Shown: positions 51,905-59,800 of the stretch, one piece after another
How positions within the stretch are numbered: position 1 is the stretch's first letter
How the letters are laid out: every line of letters starts with the position of its first letter
Source: an uncultured Acidobacteriota bacterium
GTDB taxonomy: Bacteria > Acidobacteriota > Terriglobia > UBA7540
DNA length: 64,000 nt
Reading direction: 5' to 3'
NCBI GenBank assembly: GCA_963804995.1
Contig: CAWDSK010000005.1
Location: forward strand, 896,001 to 960,000
Notes under the pieces: generated by a model
What the model saw: the letters and a program-made list of their open reading frames with translations, nothing else
Told to the model about the DNA's origin: nothing
The model's database searches: none
Translations under genes and position numbers: made by a program

Positions 51905-53167
51905 CTATCTTTCAGAGGAAGCGGCCCCCTCCAGTCTCGCGACTTTCCCCTCTAGATACCATCGGCGGACTTCAGAGTACAGCGCGGTATACACTTGCCC
52001 ATCGCGGCCCACCGCATGCGGGTTGTCCCCGATCGCGTCGTTGGCCGCCATAACGGTCTTAACCAACCTGCTTCCGTGCATGTCAAAGAACTCAAAAGGG
52101 GAGGTGTACCACTTGAACTTACCGTCCCTCTCCTCAAGTAGCGCCCGGAGGCTGGCAACGGTAGGGATAGCGAACCCCTTTTCGACGGGGAGGTTCTCCC
52201 CCTTGACGGGCCCGTTTTTGGGGTCCAGGAAGTAGTAGGTCGCCATGGCTGCCCGGTTCCTCTTTCGCTGGTGCATAACGCTCCGCGAACCGAGTCTCCC
52301 ATGTTTACCGGCGTCGTCTGGGGCGTTGTAAGCCTGTTTCCAGTTGAATCGAATGTGGTCGTACAATCTCACAATGTCACGACAGAGCGGTTTCAGTTTC
52401 CTAAACCCGTATCTATCGTCTTTCTCAATAAAGTATTCGAGGCACTTTCCAGCGTTCTTGTATGCCTCCACGGCCGCGACCCCGTCAGGAAAAAGCGTGG
52501 GATTGACGGCGCACATCACCTGGATCAAATCCAGGATGCCGATGGGCTCTTGGTCGTTTTCGCTAACCTTGATGTATTTTCTGAAGTCCGGCCCTAAGGC
52601 GTCGAGGAACCACTCGAACTTATCGCGGTAGCCGGCCAGCGTCCACGCCTTCAGTGATACGCTGAAGTTGCGTGCCTCTGCGATGTCAGCGAGATCGTTC
52701 TCGATATTAACCAGCACTTCAAGATGAACGTATTGATTCTCCAAGACGGGCGATCCCTCATCTTCATCGGACGGCGAACCAGAGCTCTTAGGTGGCTTGA
52801 GGGATTCGACCACATCTGTAATGGCGCGGTAGGTGTGACCCCCATCGATGATGCCGTACACTTCGGTCTCGGAATCGGGTATGTTGAGCTTCAGGGAGTT
52901 CCGACGGCTATCGAACTCTACTTCGCGCGCTGAAATAGTGACCCCGCGATTGAGGAGATGGAATCTTCCATCATTCGATTCGAGAGATCTGGAAATCCTG
53001 GTGATTATGGGTCCGTGCGCCTTTGGCACTCGAGGGTCAGGATCCATCGGGATATTTCGAGGCAGGTCGCCAACGGGCACGAGCGCGTGGATAATCCGTA
53101 TTTGCGGACGGTTCGGATCCTTGATGGTGCGGATTTGGTCGGACAGGACGGGCAGGTGGAAAATCAT
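51905..53167 (-). CDS. AIPR-family protein
   Basis: FHLLNRGVTI, GIIDGGHT, IAEARN motifs resembling the AIPR core; AAGGAG RBS before ATG 53167. Confidence 0.75.
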   Translation of the reverse strand: MIFHLPVLSDQIRTIKDPNRPQIRIIHALVPVGDLPRNIPMDPDPRVPKAHGPIITRISRSLESNDGRFHLLNRGVTISAREVEFDSRRNSLKLNIPDSETEVYGIIDGGHTYRAITDVVESLKPPKSSGSPSDEDEGSPVLENQYVHLEVLVNIENDLADIAEARNFSVSLKAWTLAGYRDKFEWFLDALGPDFRKYIKVSENDQEPIGILDLIQVMCAVNPTLFPDGVAAVEAYKNAGKCLEYFIEKDDRYGFRKLKPLCRDIVRLYDHIRFNWKQAYNAPDDAGKHGRLGSRSVMHQRKRNRAAMATYYFLDPKNGPVKGENLPVEKGFAIPTVASLRALLEERDGKFKWYTSPFEFFDMHGSRLVKTVMAANDAIGDNPHAVGRDGQVYTALYSEVRRWYLEGKVARLEGAASSER

Positions 53168-53265
53168 GTTCTCTCTCCTTAATGCTTGGAGGCATTGGCC
53201 TCGCAAGATTCGTTTAGCTGGGTGACCAGCTCGCCATCTGGGGATTGCCGCCAGTAGCTTTTCCT

Positions 53266-53294
53266 AACATACCATTAACTTCGATGTGTTGCAA
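53266..53294 (-). promoter_or_regulatory. Sigma70 promoter of the AIPR-ATPase operon
   Basis: Minus strand TTGCAA-17 bp-TATGTT with extended -10 TG. Confidence 0.5.
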
Positions 53295-53404
53295 GAGGTT
53301 TTCTTAGGGCAAACATAACGCGAACCCCTCCTCTAATTCCGCGGCCTCCTGCTTCAAATCCTCGCGTTCTCATCGGCTGGCAAAGGCACGCGGTCAATGG
53401 TCAG

Positions 53405-53545
53405 TTGGGGATTAGGGGTTGGGGGCAGTATGCAGGATACGGGAGACGGGATTCGGGACACGGGAAAAGGGAATCCCAAATCCTGACAGTAGACAGGAGC
53501 TAGAATTCGGGATTCAGGAAGCAGAAGGCAGTAGGCAGTAGGCGG
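53405..53545. repeat. Degenerate heptamer tandem repeats
   Basis: GGGATAC/GGGAGAC/GGGATTC/GGGACAC and GGCAGTA units; related tracts at 49376-49403 and 54340-54392. Confidence 0.7.
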
Positions 53546-53555
53546 TGCTACACGC

Positions 53556-53933
53556 TCAAAGGTCTGCGGGCAGAATCCCCATCGCCAGTACGACGCATCG
53601 GGCAATCTGGCCAAGTCTGGCAGCGCTTAGGGCTCGGAGCCGTGACCGCGAGGGTACCAAGCTTTCCTTCCTCACCGTGCTGATGTTCTCCGCTTGGGCC
53701 TCGGAAACCTCTCCCAAACCTGTCTCGCCAGGCTCCAGTCGGACGTGAGTGTCGAATCCGCGCAGAGTCGTCGATAGCGGCACCACCAGTACCGTGCTGG
53801 CTCGCGGATGCTGATTCCTGGCGTCGAGCGAGACAACGATCACGGGACGGGCATGCTTGTCAGGAGGATCCGAAGGTATTCGAACAAACCAAATCTCGCC
53901 GCGGTGCGGTTGAACAGGTTGGGGGATCGACAT
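53556..53933 (-). CDS. PemK/MazF-family toxin
   Basis: PHRGEIWFV, RPVIVVS, VLVVPLST, TGLGEVSEAQAENISTV. Confidence 0.92.
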   Translation of the reverse strand: MSIPQPVQPHRGEIWFVRIPSDPPDKHARPVIVVSLDARNQHPRASTVLVVPLSTTLRGFDTHVRLEPGETGLGEVSEAQAENISTVRKESLVPSRSRLRALSAARLGQIARCVVLAMGILPADL

Positions 53934-53938
53934 AAGGC

Positions 53939-54247
53939 TTATTCCTCAGTATGAGCAAGTCCCAGCTCACCCAATCCTCCCCATGCCCGCTGCTCTTCCG
54001 TCTCGCGGGAGGATAAGGAATCGTAATAAAGTGCTGTGCGGGCGCCCAGCTTTTCGAGTTCGGCGCGGGCTTGGGCTTCCGCGACCAGCCGCTCGATAAA
54101 CGCGCTCACCGACGAGACTCCGGCTTGTCCGCGGTGGGCTTTGATAAAGCGGACTTTGTCCTTTGAGAGTGAAATGGTAATGCGCGCTTTTCCTGCGCCC
54201 TGAATGGTTGTATGACCGCGAGCGGCCCGGTCCTGTGGCATCTTCAT
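53939..54247 (-). CDS. Putative RHH antitoxin
   Basis: KARITISLS...SVSAFIERLV, YYDSLSSRETEEQRAWG tail; GGAGGG RBS; directly upstream of toxin. Confidence 0.78.
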   Translation of the reverse strand: MKMPQDRAARGHTTIQGAGKARITISLSKDKVRFIKAHRGQAGVSSVSAFIERLVAEAQARAELEKLGARTALYYDSLSSRETEEQRAWGGLGELGLAHTEE

Positions 54248-54298
54248 ACCCTCCGTATGAAATTAATTCATACTACTCGCAGCGCCGCGATGCGTCAA
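54243..54298 (-). promoter_or_regulatory. TA promoter with alternating-palindrome operator
   Basis: Minus strand TTGACG-17 bp-TAGTAT; TTCATAC/GTATGAA/TTCATAC at 54243, 54255, 54267. Confidence 0.7.
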
Positions 54299-54808
54299 GC
54301 AATCTTCCAGGACGGGCGGTTGGAGGAACGGCGCCCAAAAGGCAGTGGGCAGTAAGCGGTAGACAGGAGCTAGGAGTCAGGAGGCAGAAGGCGTCGCGCG
54401 CGGGGGTGCAGTCATATCGAATAACTCCATGTTGCCGCAAATTGACGAAGGCCGGACAACAGCAACAGATTTGTTGCTTTCATAAGGGCACGATAACAAA
54501 ACCTGTTGCTTGTCGGCAGTCTTCAGCCGTGGGTGGCGCATATGTTCCGCATTATGGGTGGTATGCGATCCCAAAGTTTGGAATCAAGGCAGGCTGGCGC
54601 AGGGCGAGCGCAGCCCTGCGATTTCTTCGAATCAAGCCAGCCGGTCCATGGTCAAGACGGACGAACCATTTAACAATGGAATTCGAAGCTTGAGGTGGCC
54701 GGGCTCGAAGTGGCGTCTATAGATCGGCACAATAGGAATATCGGCGAGTATAGTCAAAGGCGTGAATCGCAGAGCTGGGCTCGCTCTGCGCCAGCCTTAT
54801 CTTAGCCC

Positions 54809-55099
54809 TCAGCTCCGCACTTGTTTCGCTTCCTCTTGTTTCAGCCGCTCGGCCAGCAACACCTTGAGTAGAGACTGATAGGGAACATCACGCTGGTTGG
54901 CCAGGACTTTGAGCCGGGCGATCAGAGGTTCGGGCAAGCGCAGTGAAATGGTTCGGGTCGAAGGTTTCAGGTTGGGCAGCACAGCGCGTTGGGCTTTCGT
55001 CCAATCCAGGTAATCGCTTGAATCGTGGCTGGCCCAAAAAGCCCTTTCGTGCTCTGTGGACTTAAATTTCGGAATAACCTTCTTCTTCGGTTTGCTCAT
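54809..55099 (-). CDS. BrnA-like (CopG family) antitoxin
   Basis: IPKFKS...ERAFWASHDSSDYLDW, TISLRLP, DVPYQSLLK. Confidence 0.9.
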   Translation of the reverse strand: MSKPKKKVIPKFKSTEHERAFWASHDSSDYLDWTKAQRAVLPNLKPSTRTISLRLPEPLIARLKVLANQRDVPYQSLLKVLLAERLKQEEAKQVRS

Positions 55100-55103
55100 G
55101 GCT

Positions 55104-55382
55104 TTAATAGATTCTCCGTTCCTGGCGCGTCATGTCGCGCGCTGAAATCACGCGGATAAGTTTCCCTCGAAGGGTGAAGACCACAAACAGCCCGCGGCTT
55201 CGATCTGTCTGCCCCAGTGCATAGAACCTGGATTCTTCCTGGGAGGGTTCGAGGTCCCGGCGAACAACCATGGGTTGGTTAAAGAAAACCTCCTCGCACT
55301 CGGAGTCCGAGACGCGGTGCTTTGTCCAGTTCTTAACGGAGTTGCCCGGATCAAACCCAACGCAGTCAGTCCACGGATTCAT
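55104..55382 (-). CDS. BrnT-family toxin (possibly degenerate)
   Basis: KNWTKHRVSDSECEEVFFN, RFYALGQT, LFVVFTLR, IRVISARDM. Confidence 0.88.
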   Translation of the reverse strand: MNPWTDCVGFDPGNSVKNWTKHRVSDSECEEVFFNQPMVVRRDLEPSQEESRFYALGQTDRSRGLFVVFTLRGKLIRVISARDMTRQERRIY

Positions 55383-55501
55383 TGTATATGATGTTTATAT
55401 ACGCTGTGCGGTAAAAAGTCCAGAGGGAAACAAGTAGCCACGCAGTGAAGTCCTGCCCGTGGCCTTTTCTCCCGCCCGATGCCCAGTGGAAACTGACGGT
55501 G

Positions 55502-56010
55502 GCTAAGAGCTGACAGCTAACAGCCAACAGCTAACAGCCAACAGCTCTCAGCCCTCAGCTTTCAGCTCTCAGTTTTCTGTTGCAGCGCGGGTGTCCTCAC
55601 CCGCGTCTTCGCGGTAACGCGACACGTAAAACCCGGGTGGGGACACCCGGATTAGACGCAGGTGGGAACACCCGCGCTACAAGTTGACAGCTCACAGCCG
55701 ACCAATGGGACCTGGTCTAGGGGTTGGGGGTTGGGAATTTGGGATACGGGACACGGGTTACGGGGTTAGGGATTCGGGGTTAGGGATTAGGGGTTAGTGA
55801 CTCCTGGCTCCTGGCTCCTGGCTTCTGGCTCCTCACTCCTAGCTCCTGACTCGTAGCTCCTCTCACCCAGTCCCGAATTCCCAATCCCAAATCCCGAACC
55901 CCTAGTCCCCAGTCCCGAATCCCGTGCCCCGTTTCCCGTACCCCGAATCCCGTATCCCGAACCCCTAATCCCGAGTCCCGTGTCCCCTACCCCGTCTCCC
56001 GTTTCCCGGC
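55502..56010. repeat. Mosaic of heptamer tandem repeats and REP-like palindromes
   Basis: (GCYAACA)n/(GCTCTCA)n 55502-55572; GCGGGTGTCCTCACCCGC family 55583-55680; G-rich heptamers 55720-55797; (CTCCTGG)n 55801-55860; complementary C-rich heptamers 55865-56007. Confidence 0.85.
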
Positions 56011-56170
56011 CGCTGAGCCCTCCCCCCTCGGACATTATGGCCCCCGGGGGTGTCCCAGAAGTTGCTTTCCGCGGGGCATAGCGAGCGACGTTCCCACCAA
56101 AAAGCTCCAATGTGGGACTGGTAATACCTCGCACGGCGATGTCCGGACGCCCGGAGCATTCAGCCATGGT

Positions 56171-56783
56171 CACCCACCTGACCGACTTCGCCCCGCCCGT
56201 GACACGCACTCCCCTGAGCTGACAGCTCACAGTAAGTCCCCAGCCCCGAATCCCAAGTACCTAGGTCCCAGTCCCGAGCGCCGTATCCCGAACCCCTAAT
56301 CCCTCGTCCCCCGGTAGCCGGCCGTGACACACTACCCCGTATCGGTTATCGACGGATTGCTCCACGAACATGAGCCACAAATCGATATCGGGTTCGAAGA
56401 TCACTCGAACGGCTCGATGAACCGATGTACCGATGACCCGATCACCCGATGCATGAATTGCCCACCCCCCAACCGACATGACTCGGCCGCGACACACTCC
56501 CCCCTATCGGTGATCGGTGGGATCGACGCCAAGGATGAGGCAATTTGAGTACCCCGGAACCAACCGCTTGCCCCCTCACCCGGCGCGCCCCGGCTGGTAA
56601 AAGCGCCGGCAGCGCGCCACCCTTATCCGCCACGGCGGAGCTGCGACCCCTCGGAGAGGGCTATGCATCTTCACCTTGTGCTGATATACCCATGGACCGA
56701 TGGCCCACCCCCCAACCGACCTGATCCGGCCGTGACACACTACCCCATATCGGTGATCGGTGGGTTGTCTCACGAGCATGAGC
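56171..56783 (+). repeat. Four degenerate copies of a ~60-80-bp repeat
   Basis: Core CGGCCGYGACACACTMCCCC.TATCGGT at 56318, 56460, 56703 and weaker at 56171; copies 3 and 4 are 56/62 identical. Confidence 0.8.
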
Positions 56784-56885
56784 CCAACTTCACAAAGACC
56801 TGCAAGAACCGATAGCTGCGGCGTTCTCCCTGTGAGTGCAAAAAAGCTGTTGCGGCGCTAATCAAGCGCCCCCAGGAGACACGTC

Positions 56886-59800
56886 ATGAACGCCCCGCAG
56901 GCCCACCACCCACGCAGGTTCTGGTTCTTCATTCTCACTGCTTCCCTGATGATTACCTCACTCATGGTGATGCAGCCCTTCTCCGCGACCGATGGAGAGA
57001 AGGCTACTGCTACCTACACGCAGGGTATGCTGCACGTGGCCATCCCTTACCGGGCTGTTAGCGGCGGTGCGGGGCAACTGACCCTGGAGGTTCTGGACCC
57101 GGAAGACAGAGTCCTGGCGCACGCCGAGCGGGGCGTCGAAGTCGCCGAGGGGAAGGGGCGATGGCGGGAGGAGGTCAAGCTCGACAAACCGCTGCCGCTC
57201 GAAGACCTGGTCTGGCATCGCCTGCGTTACCGCTTTGAATACCGCGAGGGCAAAGGTGAGGCGCTCGAGGGCACGGAATCTATCTCGCAGATCATCCGCA
57301 CGCCGGTGGTTCACATCTTGGGGCAGCAATCCTACCTGAGCGGTGGCCAGGCGGCGGTGCGGGTGATCGTGACGGATTCGAGGGATGAGATCATCACCGG
57401 CGCGGGCTCGGTGCGAATCGAACTCGTGGCCGAGAACCAAAAGCCTCGCGTCCTCTTCACGGGGCGGCTGAATCGCCGCGGCACCACCGAAGCGCAGTTC
57501 CGCTTTCCTGCCGGCCTGGTGGGTGGTTATGACCTGCGTTATGTCGTGGACACCTCGATCGGCTCCACGGAATTCACCCAGTCCATGCGCCTGGAAGACA
57601 AGGTTTCGATCCTTCTTACAACTGAGAAACCAATCTATCAGCCGGGGCAGACCCTACACGTGCGCGCGCTGGCGCTTGACCGGTCGAACCACCAGGCAGC
57701 CGCCAGCCGCAAGCTGACCTTTGAATTGGAAGATTCCCGCGGCAACAAGGTCTTCAAGAAACTGACCGCGACGGACGAGTTTGGAATCGCTTCGGCCGAA
57801 TTCGCGCTCGCGGACGAGGTGAACCTGGGAACTTACCACCTCCGAGCGTTGATGGGTGAGGCGGACGCTGTCCCAGCCAATCAAGCGGAAATCGCACTGA
57901 ACGTCCAAAAATACGTTTTGCCGAAATTCAAGGTGGCGATCGACTTCGCGGGCCCAGACAACAAGGCGAAGCGTGGGTACCGGCCCGGCGACCACGTGAC
58001 GGGGACCGTCCACGCCAACTATTTTTTTGGAAAGGCCGTGGAGAATGGTGAGATTACGGTCAAGGCCTCCAGCCTCGACGTCACCGTGTTTGAGGTGGCC
58101 TCCGTCGATGGTAAGACCGATCGCGACGGGACCTATCACTTTGATCTCCGCCTGCCCACCTACTTTGCCGGACGCCCACTCAGCCAGGGTGCCGCGCGCG
58201 TGTTGATTGAAGCCACAGTGAAAGATTCCGCCGGTCATGCCGAAACCCGCGGCGAACCGATCACCGTCAGCGAATCGCCCCTGCTTATCACGGCAATTCC
58301 CGAAGGTGGCACACTTATCCCTAATTTGGAGAACCAGGTTTTCATCCTGACTTCCTACCCAGACGGAACGCCCGCGAGTTCCAATCTAATTGTCCGATCC
58401 GAGGGAAACCCCGAGCAGCATATGACCACTGACGATGGTGGCGTAGGTGTGGTTCTATTAAGGGGTTTAACAGGTACCAAGGCTTTGTCAATCGAAGCGC
58501 GGGACAAAGAGGGCAACCACGCTGCGAGCTACGGTGCAGCTCCAAGCCCGCGAGGGACAGGACCAGATTCTGTTGCGCACGGAGCGCGCCGTCTATCGCG
58601 CGGGAGAGCAGATCCAATTGAAAGTTTTCTCCACGCGCCAGCGGGGCACGGCGTACTTGGACATCGTCAAAGAAGGACAGACGGTGCTGACGCGCGACCT
58701 GGACATCGAAAACGGCCAGGCGATGCTCACGCTTACCGCCACGCCGGAAATGGCGGGGACGGTGGACTTCAACGCCTATCTCTTTAGCCGCAATGCACAG
58801 CCGGTCGGCGACCATCGGCTGGTGTTCGTACAGCCGGCGGATGAGCTAAAAATTGAAGCGGTGGCGGATTCCGCCGTCTACAAACCCGGTGAGGACGCGC
58901 GCATCCGTTTCCGCGTGACGAATGCGCGTGGTGAAGGGGTCCGTGCCGCAATGGGCCTTCAGGTCATTGATGAAGCGGTATTCGCGCTGGCGGAAAAGCA
59001 GCCGGGTTTTGCCAAGGTATTTTTCTACCTGGAACAGGAAGTGCTGAAGCCTCGCTATGAGATCCACTCGATCGGTATGCCCGAAATCGTCGAGCCGGTT
59101 GAAACCTCCAAGGTTGACCAGCGCGATCGTGCCGCGCGCGCTTTGTTTTCAGCCACGGAAATCGTGAGCGCCAACAAGTTTGAAACGGAATTCGGCGGCA
59201 CCGTACCTTCGACGAAATATGCTGATTATGCCAATCGATACCAAACGCAGTTCCTCGCTGAGGTGCGCCGCCTGGCGGAAAAACTCAGTAGCGCCTACGT
59301 GGAAAACCCCGGCTCGGGAGACGTCGCGCGGATTGCCGGCAAGATGGCGCGAGCCGGCGCACCTGAGATGCGCGATCCCTGGGGCGCCGGCCTGCGCGTC
59401 GAACCCGCGGAGTGGGATTCCCAGAAAACCTACTATCGAGTCCGCAGTGCGGGCCCCGATAAGGAATTTGACACTGGAGATGACCTCGAGATCTACCTGG
59501 AAGTTCACCACCGGAAGATTGTGGGCCGCCCCAGTTCGAGTCCCAGCAGCATCGGGATAACTATCGAACCTGATCGCGGGCCCTTTGGTTCGACCGGCGA
59601 GATTGTGGGAACAGTGGTTGACCAGAGGGGCGATGTACTGGAAGGCGCCACGGTCAGCGCACGCAAACTCTCCACAAGGCATTTGAGGACGGCGACGGTA
59701 GATGCCCGGGGCAATTTTGGATTGCGTGCTCTGCCAGCCGGCAATTACGAAGTCGTGGTTTCCATGGGTGCGGAGAGCGTCTCAAGGACCAAGATCACGA

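Noticed and set aside
47422..54373. Both direct-repeat pairs (47422/48292 and 53489/54359) are exactly 870 bp apart
   Set aside because: The repeats are unrelated in sequence and TA modules have similar sizes; treated as coincidence
54533..54562. dif/Xer-like site (GTGGCGCATAT-N8-TTATGGGTGGT)
   Set aside because: XerD arm matches poorly and no convincing partner site was found; a similar candidate near 49714 has a 5-bp centre
46700..55500. Integron cassette array
   Set aside because: No intI and no RYYYAAC...GTTRRRY attC pairs recognised; modules are in both orientations
55787..56230. 147-aa minus-strand ORF with GxRxSG repeats
   Set aside because: Simply the translation of heptamer repeats; no RBS or domain
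56171..56783. CRISPR array
   Set aside because: Repeats are long and degenerate, spacing is irregular (125-243 bp), spacers contain other repeats, and no cas genes are present
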